A stretch of 63,990 bases of DNA, filler included, from Folioceros fuciformis (GCA_049999805.1; 13 parts of 13 records of this genome joined end to end with filler, not necessarily neighbours in it); one strand, 5' to 3'. Shown: positions 12,276 through 25,081, counted from the whole stretch's first letter. Translations and numbers: made by a program. Notes: generated by a model from the sequence alone, not told the origin.

Positions 12276-14998
12276 GTCACTAGATCAAATAGCTTGTATG
12301 CCTTTGAGTCTTCTGAATAACCAAGGAAGATGAGAGACTTAGATCTATCATTTAGCTTTCTCCGTTTGGGTTCAGGTATATAGGCAAAAGCAGGTGAGCC
12401 GAAGACCTTCAAGTGTAGCAGACTTGGCTTTTGTCCCCAAAGAGCTTTGTAAGGTGTTCTACCAGGAAGAGCTGAAGTGACTACCCTATTAAGAATGTAA
12501 GTAGCACTCACGATAGCCTCTGCCCAATACGTCTTAGGTAGGGCTGACCATGATAGCATGCTTCTAACCATTCCCATTAGGGTTTGGTTTTTCCTCTCTA
12601 CAACACCGTTTTGCTGTTGGGTGTATGGGATAGAGAGTTGACGAACAATGCCAAATTGTGTGAACAGGTCATCAAACTCATGTCCAATGAACTCCCCGCC
12701 ATTATCTGTTCGGAAGCACTTGATGAGATGTCTAGTCTGTCTTTGAACCATCACAATCCAATTAGAGATGGTCTAAAAAACCTCACTCTTCAGCTTCAAA
12801 GGGAAGGTCCACGTGTATTTGGAGAAGTCTTCAGTCAAAGTGAGGTAGTATTCTGCTCCTCCCAAGGATTTGACTGGTAACTTCCTAGCAATGTCAGCAT
12901 GTATCAATTCCAGCACAGCCTTGGCCTGATTTGTAGTTTTATTCTTAAAGGGAAGCTCCTTTTGCTTTGATAGTATGCATGAGGTACATGTGATAAGTGT
13001 TTGAAGCAAGAAGATAGCTTCTCTCTGTAACAACTGGAGTTAGCCATCAAGTCAAGCTTATGGCGGTTAATATGACCAAGACGTGCATGCCAGAGATTGG
13101 CCTGTGCATGAACTACAGCTAGCAAGGCTTTGACCTTTGATTTTGGAATCGTAACTAGCTGATACATATAATCAACAAGTATAGCCTTAGCAATGTGTCC
13201 TTCACGTTCTGCAAGTAAGTAAATGAAACATTTTTCATCTTCAAACCTGAAGCCATACTTTATGCTTTGGGCTACTACTTGTATTGACAATACATTTTTG
13301 CTCATATTAGGAACAAAGAGAACATCATCCACAATCAAAGATGAGCCATCTAACAGAGGTATATGTACTGTGCGAGACCCTTTGACTTGAACACCTCTAG
13401 AGTCCCCAACAATGACTAACTATGGTGTGTTTTGAAGGTGAAAGGTTGAGAAAAGATCACGATTGTTGCAGACATGGGCAGTGACACCCGAGTCAACAAA
13501 CCAAGGAGTTGAGTTCTCTCTCGTGGAAGTTAGGCAAACAGTAAGAACTGTACTGCTGCTTCGTTTCTGAGAGCTGTTGGATCTAGCATATGGTTTTTGT
13601 TCCTTAGAATTTATATGTGCCTCCTGCTTGGACTCCCTCTTAGGCTCACCAGACTTCTTTTTACGACAATCTCGTTCCCAGTGGCCTTGATTCTGGCACT
13701 AGTTATAGTTGCCAAGTCTTTTAATAGAAGAGGACTGTTGGGAGGAATGAAAATCGTTGGATTGTTTCTTCACTCCTTTATCCTTCCCCTTCCAAGGTCC
13801 CTTAGCTTTAGCATAGAGGACCTTGTCACCTCTGAGATGATTGTTTGTCTCGTGGCGATTCTGACTTTGCTCCTCTTGCAGGAGCGCCCCTATCACTTCA
13901 TTCAAGTTAATAGTTGAGGGCTGACCAAGAGCAAGTGCTTGATAGGAATCACGAACAACTGCATTCTAACTTGAAACAAAGTTTTGGTAAGTGGAAGGCA
14001 AGCTGGCTAGAAGTTGAGCAATGACGTCCAACTCGGTCATCTTGCATCCTAGCACGGCCAGCTGGGCCCGTAGGGTGCGCATCCGAGTGACGTGTGCTCC
14101 AATTGAGTCCCCTTCCTTCAACCTCAGACCATAAAAGTTGTTCCTAGTAGCAACCAAGGTAATTATATTCTCAACTTGGTATGTTTGTGTGAGTTGTGTC
14201 CACACCTCAGCGGCAGTTTCGAGGGAATCCACTTCTGTCACTGTGACTTCGTCAAGTCCTGACAGCAAGATGGCAAAGGCTATCTTATTCCCTTTCTTCC
14301 ATTTTTCAATTGCATCTGGTGATCCTACAATTGTGTTAGCAGGATTAGGAGTTGTTCCATCAACATACTCCCAGACATCTCGGGCATTCAGGTTAGCCTT
14401 CATCCAAGCACGCCAGCTCTCAAATCGGGACTGTTTCCCATCAAAACGATCTTTCTCTTTAAATTCACCAGTGTATGATGATCCTACTCCTGTAGTGCCC
14501 ATGGTGACAACAAGAGTAACAGGAATGATGGGTAGAGGTGGATTTGAATACAGCTAAGAGAAGAGATCTACATCGGAGTCACTGTTACTGTCTGAAGACA
14601 TAACATGCTCTAGTAGCTGTTAACAAAGACTCTAAATGCTAAGGGACACTAGCCCAGAACTGAAAAGGTAAGAAACATTAGTTTTAGGGTTCATCAGGTT
14701 GAAAACTGAAGCGTAACCCTAAAAACATGTCCCATGAACCTGAACTAACAACTGTTTGTTGGCTAGCGAGGTATGAGAAAGTGCAAAGACATGCAACGTT
14801 TAGAGCCAGCACCAGCAAATTTGACACCTGGAGATGTCTACCAACAGGCGCCAGAGGAGGCGCAACTGTTGCAATTTCTTACCTCAGCGAATCGGTGTCT
14901 CGCACAACCAAGATGTCTCTTGAAATTTGCTGCCAAACAAACTCACAGAATAGCAACGCTGAGAGTCTAAAATTGTAAGGATCTTACTACTGCAGAAA

Positions 14999-15388
14999 TC
15001 ATTGTTGATGTAGACCATCATGCTCCTTTGCTTGACACATGGTGATCGATGTCAACGTGGGTAGGTAAATTGCAAAACGTGAAGATTCAACAGAATTATC
15101 GCGTTCAGGGATCCGAAGAAAACGAGCAATCTTCTGAACAATTTCTGTTTGTTGTTCCACAATGTCTGTTAGGGCTGAGAGTTTGTTAATAAGCAGCGCA
15201 ACTCTGAGGCCGAGGGTAGAGTGCTCTCGCAGCATCAAGACCTGTAAGTCCCTCAGCCTTTCCTCAAGCCCTGAATAGGATTGATCGTGAACGAAATCCT
15301 TATCAATTGAATTTTGATGCACTCTTCCCTTATTTTGCTGTAGCTGACGCTTATAGGTCTGGTTTGCGCAGCAACGCAGATTGAAGGG
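14999..15388 (-). CDS. Extra ORF upstream of copia gag (coiled-coil), 5'-truncated by LTR insertion
   Basis: Open frame LEERLRDLQVLML..LINKLSALTDIVEQQ..FAIYLPTL. The C-terminal motif resembles AALYVPTM in the ORF at 21021-21518. Confidence 0.5.
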   Translation of the reverse strand, partial: PFNLRCCANQTYKRQLQQNKGRVHQNSIDKDFVHDQSYSGLEERLRDLQVLMLREHSTLGLRVALLINKLSALTDIVEQQTEIVQKIARFLRIPERDNSVESSRFAIYLPTLTSITMCQAKEHDGLHQQ

Positions 15389-15738
15389 TGTAGGGTTATT
15401 AAAGCCCAATGGGCTTAGACTAATGTGATTAGTCTAATTAAACTCATGTGATTAATTTAATAAGACTAATGTAATTAGTCTAAGATTAGTGTCTAATTAA
15501 GTACCATTAGTTTAGATTAGCTTAAGCAAATCTTTAGGAAGCTTCCTACATAGCTTCTTGTGAGCTTCTTGTGAAGCTTCTTGTGAAGCTTCCTTGGGAG
15601 CTTTTCTAGAGGGTATAAATACCCTCTTGAGCTCCCTTTGCAATAGAGCTGTGAGAGGCACTGTGAGACCTCTCTTTCTCCTCTCCTCTTCTCTTCTTCT
15701 CTCCTCTCCTCCACCATGCTCCTCTATTGATCCTTTCA
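15389..15738 (+). mobile_element. 5' LTR (350 bp) of Tnt1-like copia
   Basis: TGTAGGG...TTTCA with internal TATAAATA, followed by a PBS. Homologous LTR at 40607-40933. Confidence 0.92.
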
Positions 15739-15740
15739 AG

Positions 15741-15752
15741 TGGTATCAGAGC
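15741..15752 (+). promoter_or_regulatory. Primer-binding site, initiator Met tRNA
   Basis: TGGTATCAGAGC 2 nt after the LTR end. Confidence 0.93.
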
Positions 15753-15836
15753 AAAGGTTGTGGAGCAAGATGGTTGTGCCTATTGTAGGTACAATGAGCG
15801 AAGGCACAAGGCAAGAAGATGGAGCTAGGAGGGTTA

Positions 15837-16125
15837 GGGCGCCACCTGGGCGCCAACTAAGCGCCACTAGGCCGCCAGTAGGGTGCCAACTAAGCACCAC
15901 TTGGGTGCCACCCACGCGCCAACGCGGTGCCACCAGGGGCCACTCGGGCGCCAACAAGGCGCCACTTGGCCGCCACCTGGGCGCCAACAAGGCACCACTT
16001 AGGCACCAACGAAGCGCCACCCGAGCACCAAGGTGCTACTTGGCCACCAGCAGGGCGCCAGCGGGGTGCCACCCTGGTGCTAGCGAGGCGCCCGTAGGGT
16101 GCCTACTGGGCACCAACCAGGCACC
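15837..16125. repeat. Degenerate GG(C/T)GCCA tandem array in copia leader
   Basis: Many GGCGCCA/GGTGCCA/GGCACCA words spaced about 11-12 bp apart. Confidence 0.8.
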
Positions 16126-16452
16126 AATGGTAGGGATACCTGGACGGTAGTCGTTTGCCAGTGAAGCGCTAGCGAGGCAAGGATCTTGCCGAGCACCGAT
16201 CGCACAAGACGGATGCAAGAAAGTGAACAAATTGCGGTCGTCGAGTGCAAGGGTGTGGGCGCTGAACTGACTCCAACCGTGGAAGTCAAGATCTCGATCG
16301 GACGATGGGAGACATTCCAGTTTGGAGCGATCGAAGCCCAAGTTGTGGACATCCGATTTGGAACAAGTTGTGAGGGTAACTTTGAGAATCTACATTACAT
16401 TCCGACTATTTTCTAACTAGCCTTTTAGTTGATTTGCATCGTTTTTTGAATC

Positions 16453-18120
16453 ATGACGTCCTCCGAAAACGTCATGTTCAATATCGAGAAGTTAGATGAT
16501 ACTAACTTCCCGTTCTGGAAAGAACAAGTGTACAATGTTCTAGTGTAGAAGAAGCAAATCAAGCCGATAAAGTTGTTAGGAGTGAAACCTGTTAGCATGA
16601 CTCAGGATGAGTGGCAGGATCTAGATGAGCTTGCTAGGTCTACCATCATGCTAACATTGTCGAAGTCGGTCTACTTCAACGTGAAAGACAAGACCACAAG
16701 CTACGAGCTATGGCAGAAGTTGTGTGACCTGTACGAGGAGCAAAGTGCAGCTTCTCAGGTGTACTGGTTGAAACAACTGATGGACTTGAAGATGAAGGAA
16801 GGGACGAGGATGTATGATCATCTGAACGAGTTCAATACCATTTTCAACCAGCTCTCATCTCAAGGTATCTCGTTTCCAGATTCCGTGAGAGCTATGTTTC
16901 TGTTGGTCACATTACCAGAGAGCTGGGACACCTTTCGTACAGCTCTGAGTACTTCGGCTCCTGCCAATGGTCTTACCATTGTAAATGTAGAAGGTAGTCT
17001 GTTAACAGAGGAGGTGAACAGGAAGAATATGGAACCTTCGAAAGGTTCCAATGCCCTCATGGTGAGAGGAAGGTCCACTTCAAAGGGGAAGTACAAGGAG
17101 CGAAGTTCTTCCCGTAGTAAATCTCGTAGTCGTAACAATGTTGAGTGTTACCATTGTCACAAGAAGGGTCACATCAGGAAGGACTGCGAGAAGTTCAAGA
17201 AGGACAAAGGAAAGGAGAAGAAGCAAACCGACACCAAAGCAAGTTCGAGTACCAAGCCTAACGAGGTGAATTCTGTTGACGATGGAGATGTTCTTATCTC
17301 TTCTTCCTTCAATTCTGCACAACTGACAACCGTGGATAGTCATTTATTCTCTAATTGGATAATTGACTCTGGAGCATCTTTCCATGTTACTCCGCATAGG
17401 GAGTGGTTTAGCACTTATGATGCTACTAGGAAAGGATGTGTTCGGCTTGGAAATAACTACGCGTGCGAGATTGCAGGCGTTGGTGATGTGTAGCTGAAGT
17501 TCCACAATGGATCTTCATTCACATTGAAGGATGTTAGACATGTTCCGAAGTTGACAAAAAACATGATTAGCGTAGGGCAGTTGGATGACACTGGCTACCA
17601 CTGTTGGTTTGGAGATAATTCTTGGAAGGTCTCCAAAGGTTCTCTTCTGTTAGCTCGTGGATCGAAGTGTGGCACTTTGTACTCACTTCAGGTAACCACT
17701 GTTAAGGATCATGTGATTTGTGTAATGGAGCAGCCAAGTGTTTCCCTGTGGCATAGTCGGTTAGGACATATGTCTCAAAAAGGAATGAAGATCTTCTCTT
17801 GTTTTGGTTACGTCCCTGCTTTTGAATTCTCCGATTTCTTCGTGTGTGAGCACTATTTGTATGGGAAACAGACGAAGTCACCACATGGAGCAAGAGGTAA
17901 ACATAAAAGTAAACCTTTTGAGTTGGTCCACAGTGACGTGTGTGGACCTATGCCCACTGTATCGTTAGGCGGTGCATCTTATTTTGTCACTTTCATTGAT
18001 GACTTCTCATGCAAGGTGTGGGTTTATCCTTTGAGGAAAAAGGATGATGTTCTGACAGTGTTTCAGAAATTCGTCACCCTTGTGGAGACTCAATCTGGCC
18101 TCCGACTGAAGTGTCTAAGG
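16453..18120 (+). pseudogene. Tnt1-like copia gag-PR-integrase (in-frame TAG stops)
   Basis: IEKLDDTNFPFWK, LPESW, CYHCHKKGHIRKDC, WIIDSGASFH, LWHSRLGH, HSDVCGP, IDDFS. Confidence 0.95.
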
Positions 18121-18220
18121 NNNNNNNNNNNNNNNNNNNNNNNNNNNNNNNNNNNNNNNNNNNNTTAATTAATTAANNNNNNNNNNNNNNNNNNNNNNNN
18201 NNNNNNNNNNNNNNNNNNNN
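18121..18220. other. Artificial contig spacer
   Basis: N44-TTAATTAATTAA-N44. Confidence 0.98.
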
Positions 18221-19710
18221 TTTTATACGGTTTAGATATGTATTTAATACATACTGATACGTATACCATATACGTATTCCCTTATTTCTTTTCTTTTTAT
18301 TTTCCTAATTTCCCCTTTTCTATTTTCATCCCTATTTTTCTGGATTTAATTCCAGAAATTCCAATTCAACTCCGTTTCACCTGCTCTCTTTTCCTCCTAT
18401 TTTGGGGCCTTCCCCAGCACCTCGGGGTCAGTCTTCCATGGCCGAGGAACCATTTCGGCTGGAAGCTGATCCCGCTGAATAAGCTACCGTTTTCAGGCCA
18501 GGTTCCGGCTGCTGATCCCACTCCTTCCCACCTCTTCTCTATCTTTCCCATTGCTCATGCTCCTCCCCTGGAGGCTGGCTCAGCCACCAAGGGTGAACAG
18601 TTGTAGGGGAAGACTTAGCGGCCGACCATCCAGCAAGGAAGAGGCGGCGTCCGCAGATCTTTGAAGATCAGACATCCTCCGAAGTCTCAGGATAGTCTAA
18701 GAGGTGGTAGATCCTTGTGGTGGTAGGGCCAGCTCATTGGTGGCATGATGTGCTAGAAGTCTAAATAAGTGGCTGGTGACAGCCGGCTAGGCTAGTGGTC
18801 CTATTAAAATAATATTTCTCAAGTTAGAGAGAGGTGAAGTCAAAGAGAGAGAGAGGCTCCTATAAGATCAGGTGAGCCTGTAGGAGGAGGGAGTCATTCA
18901 CTTTGGGAGTCACTTTATCTCTTCGTGAGCTCTTGGAGGTCCTCTCTTCATGAGCTCTTGTGGTCTGTCCCTCCTTGGTTTAGGACCTGCAGTGTGTTGC
19001 CGGCTGTGCAACGTCTGGTAAAATCGCAAGCCGCTTGTTGCTGGCTGTACAGTGTTTGGTAGGATCGCGGGCAGTGTGTTGCCGGTTGTATAGTGTCTAG
19101 TAGGATCACAAGGTGTAATGACCAGGGTGAAGGGGCTTGCCCCTAGCTCTTGATTGTAAAGGATGTGTCTTTCTCTCGACCTGTCCACTCTTGTTCCTTG
19201 CTCGGACAAGTGCTATAGGCCGGCCATGTCTCATGGCGTCTGGTAAGGTTGTGGGGAGGAGATATCCAAGAGGGGAGTGTGTTCCCTTCTTCCTTTTCTT
19301 TGGGGTTAGTCTAGTGACTCTTGCCGGGTAGGAGGAGTCAGTAGGGAAGTGTAGAAGGTAGTGGTGTCATTGTTAGTTGCTGGTGTTGGCGCTGGAGTGA
19401 GAGAGTGAGTGAGGGAAGTCGTAGATCTAAGAGGTTAGGGTCGTTGTAGTGGCTGGAGTGAGTTTGTGGGCACCGAGAGAGGTGCAGCTGACCGCCAGAC
19501 AGCAAGGCCTGTCCTACGCCTGATCGGAGCTGGAGGGGAGCCCTCGAATCCATCATCGAGTCGATCAAGTCCGACCCTCCATCCACAGTAGCAAGGAACC
19601 CCATCGCTCCTTCGTGGGAAGGAAACCCAATGTCTCAACGACAGTGAGATAAGTGTGGCCACTAAAGGTGGAACCCGTTGGCAATCAGTGCCCGGGGTTT
19701 TGCCTCCACA
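18221..19710. mobile_element. Long non-coding LTR/terminal region ending CCACA, inserted in copia gag zinc knuckle
   Basis: The last ~370 bp match 6334-6713. The junction at 19710/19711 cuts gag right after CNWCQILGHWERDC. Confidence 0.7.
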
Positions 19711-20581
19711 GGCAGTCACGTTCCCAGTGCCCTAGGATCTGGCACCAATTACAGTTGCCTTGTCTTTCCGTCGAAGAGGATGGAGATGATGTAAAATCAC
19801 TGGATTGCTTCTTGCCTCCTTTATTATCTTTCCCCTTCCAAGGTCCTTTGGGTTTAATATATAGAACCTTGTCACCTCTAAAGCGAGTGCCTGACTTGCT
19901 CCAGCTTTGGCTTTGCTCCTCTTGCAGGAGTGCCCCAATAACTTCATTGATATTCAAGGGGAAGGGTTGACCAGCAACTATAGCTTTGTAGGAGTCACGA
20001 AGAGCTGAATTCTGACCGGAAACAAAATTCTGGTAGGATGAAGGCAAGCTGGACAACAGTTGGGCAATCGTGTCCAAATTAGACATCTTGCTCCCTTGCG
20101 CGGCCAGTTGTGTATGCAGGGTGCGCATTCGAGTGATGTGTGCCCCAACAGAGTCCCCTTCTTTCATCCTCAAACCATAGAATTCGTTTCGTACAGTATC
20201 CAAGGTGAGTATGTTGTTAACTTGGTAAGTCTTCGTGAGCTGATCCCAAACTTCAGCAGCTGTCTCTAGAAAGTCCACTTTAGTTACTGTCACTTCATCA
20301 AGTCCAAACAGTAAGATAGCAAATGCGACTTTGTTCCCCTTCTTCCACTTTTCAATCTCATCAGCTGATCCTGGTGGGTTCGATTTTGCAGGTTCAGGAA
20401 GGGAGCCATCTACATACTCCCAGACATCACGAGCATTAAGGTTAGCTTTCATTCGAGCTCTCCAGCTCTCAAATCGTGATTGCTTTCCATCAAATCGATC
20501 CTTCTCTTTAAACTCTCCTGAGTAACTATACCCTATTGCAGGATTAGCCGAAGAAAGATTGGTCGCCATAGTGGTCGCCAT
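19711..20581 (-). CDS. Copia Gag (close relative of gag at 14502), truncated by insertion
   Basis: EFKEKDRFDGKQSRFESWRA..LPSSYQNF..CNWCQILGHWERDC. Confidence 0.92.
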
Positions 20582-21020
20582 AGTCTTGATGTTGCTCACA
20601 GATGGTATGGGTGGGTTGGTGTATAACCAGGAGAAGACATCTTCCTCTAAATCACTATCACTGTCAGCAGGGGACTTCAGGATACTCTGTACGACAAACG
20701 AGGACCAAAAATGTACACTCGAGAGGAGACCAACCTAGAAATGAAGCGGTAAGCCAAAAGTGGAAGTTAGGTCAAAAGAAGTCTCAAAATAAAATAAACC
20801 GACTTAACCCTAAAAACTGTGTCCCATGACAATAACCGACATAACTGCTTGTACTTGCAGGTGGACATGGAGGGAATAGACCTATGGGCTGTAGACACCT
20901 GGAGCTCTATAAGTCTGACGGCCAACAACCATTTTTCTCATGAATGTTCGTTTGAATCTGCTAAACAGGAAGCTTCACAGACAGTCGCAGAAAATCTGTG
21001 AATTCCACTCATGCAAAAAA

Positions 21021-21518
21021 TCAGAAATGCAGTGATGCACCATTCTCCTGAGACGGAGCCTTAGGTGGGATCATTGTTGGCACATATAGAGCAGCCACAG
21101 GTGGGCGAACTGAATAATCATGTGCTCCTTCTCCAGAATCACCATGAACTCCAAGAAGAGTTGTAATCACTGACGAAAACTGCTACAAGGCCGCTGTAAC
21201 TTGTTCAAGTGCAGATTTGATGACGAACAGCCCAATTCCTATGTTGGAAGAGACTCGCTGCAAAAGAGCCTCCATATCCTTCTTTCTGCCATTTAATTTC
21301 CTCTCAAAATCGATGCTTGAATTCCTGTTAAAATACTGACATCCTGAGTGGTGGTCGCAAGTGTCACTTTTTCTACTCGACTTACCACTACTCGAAGACT
21401 CTCTTAAAGAAGAGGAAGGGCGACGACATGACAAACCCTGTAGCCTAGAAAAATCTAGAGAGGGGGCGTTTTCCCCAACATTGGGTACATGGTACCTGTT
21501 TCTATTTTTCCGAGGCAT
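21021..21518 (-). pseudogene. Extra ORF between PBS and gag (MPRKN..., coiled-coil), one internal TAG
   Basis: ATG at 21518. Reading through the TAG at 21183-21185 extends the frame via AALYVPTM to TGA at ~21021. Confidence 0.55.
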
Positions 21519-21736
21519 TTCAGAGTAGTGGACAGTTAAGGAACAGGCTGCCCAGATCCATTACAAACACTAAACGTGCTCTGTGCAAGCTGGCGAAGAA
21601 AAATTTTCAGCCAATCTCTACCTTCATATTTCATGAAGGTGGAGGTAGGCTGAAAACCCTTCCTTCACTTACTGTGCCTAGCACATTGTGTATGAAGTGG
21701 ATAGATTATAGCGGAAGACTTAGAGCATCAAACTCT

Positions 21737-21896
21737 GCTATGATACCATGATACTAAACCCTCTGACATAGAACACAAAATGAATGTTGTCTATCAAAAA
21801 GTGAAAATGTTTAATAAGCAATAGTCTTATATAGTCTTAAGTAAACCCTAGGTTAAACTAACTAGCCTAACCTGTGAGGTTAACTAAACCCTAACA
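21737..21896 (-). mobile_element. 5' LTR (148 bp, 21749-21896) plus Met-tRNA PBS (21737-21748)
   Basis: Minus strand TGTTAGGG...TATCA immediately followed by TGGTATCATAGC. Confidence 0.85.
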
Positions 21897-24800
21897 GTAT
21901 TCGCTCGAAGCTCACCAACAACATTGCTCATAGATGACCCGCTGATCTTCCCACCAGGCAGTACAACGTCGCATAGCTCTCACTAGCTGCAGACTATGCT
22001 GCTGTATGTATGGGATCCAGCCGTGCAGGTGACGGAACACATGGTCAGAGCATATCGAGCAAAGGCAGGGGTTGTCAATGTTGCTGGATTGGTGGAGGGT
22101 ATGGCAAACACAGAGGGTGGTGATTGCTTGCAAGACGACTCCAAGCGTATAGGGTCCATGGAGCGTGGCTTGGCCGACCACACCCCGTGTGGTGGGGGGT
22201 CTGCAGTTTTGTCCCCAGTCATGGGGGGCACTTTGGCTATGGGAGACGATGATTGTTAAATTCTGGACCGATGGTAGCCCTAATGTGGTAGCTCCCCTCA
22301 AGCACCGGCGAGAGGGAGACTGAGTTTATCAGGTGCTACGGACGCAACGGGCCTTCTTGCAATCGCAACTGCTGCCGAGGCGTACGTGGCACTGGTGGCG
22401 ACCTGGGAGGCAGCAACTCGCTATCTACAGCAAGCAAAGGAGGCAGCATGCTACGTAGTGCCCCGGAAGAAGCCGAAGCCTCTATAGGTAGAGGCCAAAG
22501 TGTTTTTCGATATGGTGGACGAGGCGCAGGAGAGGAAGGGTGGGGATGAAGCAAAGACAGAGCATGCCATTGTGCTGGCCGAGCTACAGACCATCCTGGA
22601 AAGAGGGACAGGAGCCGGGGACAGCGGGGGAAGGGCCTTGGTCCGCAGGCTAGTAACCATACCGGGGTTCGAACTTTATGACATTGCCACCATCCAAGGG
22701 TTGATAGCGAAGCGGAAATCACCAGCTCCTACGATCATTAGACTACTCCACGAAGTGGAACCCAGTATAGACCTAGCAACAGCAAAGCCTGAAAACCTAT
22801 GGGATGCCTAGGCCGCAAATAATTTGCAGGAGATGGTGGACCAGTTTGATATGCTCCCGTTGCAAACCCGCCACCGCTAGTGGCTCCGCATACGAGAGGA
22901 GAGGGCGTAGGAGGTTGCACTATCATTTAAGGAGGTTGAGGAAATGAACCTCCATGCTGCGCAGGAGGCCTACGACGCAGCAGACGGTGTGATGCGTAGA
23001 TATGCTCTTACCAACCACACATTGCAACCAATTGCGGCTCATCAGCGCAAAAGAGCACAACTATCCCTTGCGCTGAAGGTGAGGTGCACTTGGCGGCGGT
23101 GTGGGTGCCACCATGAACAACCAGGGTTTGTGGTGGGGATGGTGGCCAAGCCAAGGGTGCGTGGTGGTGGGTGCAGGTGGAGGTAGGTCGAGAGTGTGGG
23201 GCGTTGTTTGACCATTTCAGACACCATGAGGAGCGCATGGATGTGTTCTCGGAGCTGAAGGTTGAGCCAAGGGGGAGGAGGGTTGGTGGAAGCAGATATG
23301 GTAAACGAGGGAGGTCCATCCAAGAGGTGCATAAGCGAGGCGTGGCTATAGTTCTGGCTGAACCTCGAGTTCTTGAACTGCGTGTTTGATGCAAGAGACA
23401 GCCATGGCCCAAGCAGGTTGCTGTACCACATTAGGCAAGGGAGTCACACCACGTGCTTGAGCGAGACAGTTGTGAGTGCCCTCAAACCACGGCCAAGTTC
23501 ACGGCATTGTATGCCAATGTATGGGATTCATGTTGACATTTGCGGTGCAACGCAAGGTTCTTTGGGTTCCTATTGTACATGGTGTTGGCAACCGGCGTGC
23601 AGGTGAGCATGCTTGGTCGCTGAGCCTCGGCGGACAGCCAGCGATGCCGCCATAGCTGCCATTAAGAGGCTACAAATGGGCCTGCGGTGTGGACGGGGAG
23701 GACGGGTGGATCTACCTTGTGCAGTGGGCCGGCCATTGATTGGAAACCTTGCAAGCGAAAATGGAGGTGCGATGGAGGTGCAATGGAGGTGACGATAGGA
23801 AATGAGAGCTATCGTGAGGAGTGCAGGCAACGGGTGAAGGAGTCATAAATGTTAGGCGGCGCTGTTGCTTTAACAAGTGGATGGCTGAGATGTGGAGGCG
23901 ATGACAGGTGGCTTGCACGAAGTTGCTGGTTGTTGGGCCAGGCTTGTCCAGTTCAACTAAGCCATACTTGTCACACATGGCACGAGTGTATGTGGATCTT
24001 GCTTGTGCGGCCAGCACGGGGTGCAGTGCCATAACGGGCACGGCCAAGAGGAGCTGGCACATTGTGATCGGAGGCGGCACATCCTGCGAGCGCATTGTGA
24101 TCGCACATGGGAGCAAGAGCAGTGGCATTGCGGTCTCATAGGGGAGGAGGAGCGGCCGCAAAGCGATTGCAGGAGGGGGCAGGAGCAGGCAAAGTGCCAT
24201 CGCTAGTGTGGGCCCTGAGAAGGTCAGGACAAGCGGCAGTGGGAAGATATCATCGACTAAGTGGCGAGCGAAAGGAGGCGTGGGGAAGAGGAGGCGAACG
24301 CAGTCCCGGGTTTTAGTGTAGGGGGAAGCCTGTGAGGCAACCCATACATATAGGGTGAGTGCGGGGCACGCGACGGGGAAGGGCAGAGGTTGCGCACGGA
24401 TGCATCATATTGCACAATACACTGGCTGTTGCATCGTCGAAAGCTGAAGGACGTGGTGGGAAGGTAAGGTGAGGGAGAAGGAAGGGACAAGGAAGGGAGG
24501 CCAGCAACGGCTTGATAGGTGAAACCTGTGGGGTGGACGCTGGGACGATGGAACCCGACCGCGACAGGCAGGAGAGTAGGGAAAACGTTGAGGGAAACGG
24601 CTCGAACGTCACGGAGACGGACGTCGAGGGGGAGCAGGGGGGTGGAGATGTGCGCAGTGGGGGGAGCGATGGAGGAATGGGTTGCCTTGTGCCCCGACAT
24701 GAAGTGGAGGAGATGGCACTGTAACGGAGGCGCACTGGAGGGACGCAGAGAGCCCTGGCTGGCGAGTTTGGCTGCACACCCAAAACACTTTGGCGATGGC

Positions 24801-24917
24801 TTGAAAAGTGTCCAGGGTGGACAGGGGCATATGCACGGCAAATGCTAACAGTGGAGATAGTTGCGGGGTTGACCTTGGAGAATGTGTCCATCACAAGGCA
24901 CAGGGTGACCTTGGGGG

Positions 24918-25081
24918 TGTTGAGTTATCGAGCTCTATATGAGCTAAACTCATGTGGTGTTAGTTATCCCAGTTGGGTTCATACTAGACTAGTTCTAGTT
25001 ATTAGTGAACTTAGGATAGTGTAGATTATCCCATATTGAACCTGGAAGTTGTGTAGCCCTAAATGTACTACTTAAATGGAG
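24918..25081 (+). mobile_element. LTR 5' part, identical to 46095-46258
   Basis: Starts TGTTGAGTTATCG. No mismatch seen over 164 bp. Cut by the spacer. Confidence 0.88.

Larger units (their letters stand above)
11559..15388 (-). mobile_element. Ty1/copia element: upstream ORF, gag, PR, GAG-pre-integrase, integrase; decayed
   Basis: gag starts at 14502 (KDRFDGKQSRFESW..LPSTY); WFVDSG protease; LWHARLGH; FRTDNGGEF, QQNGVVERKN, YWAEA. Confidence 0.93.

Noticed and set aside
21449-21476. Similarity to the foldback arm at 160-190 (AAAAAT.CTAGAGAGGGGGCGT)
   Set aside because: It is short, low-complexity and does not extend, so it is likely chance.
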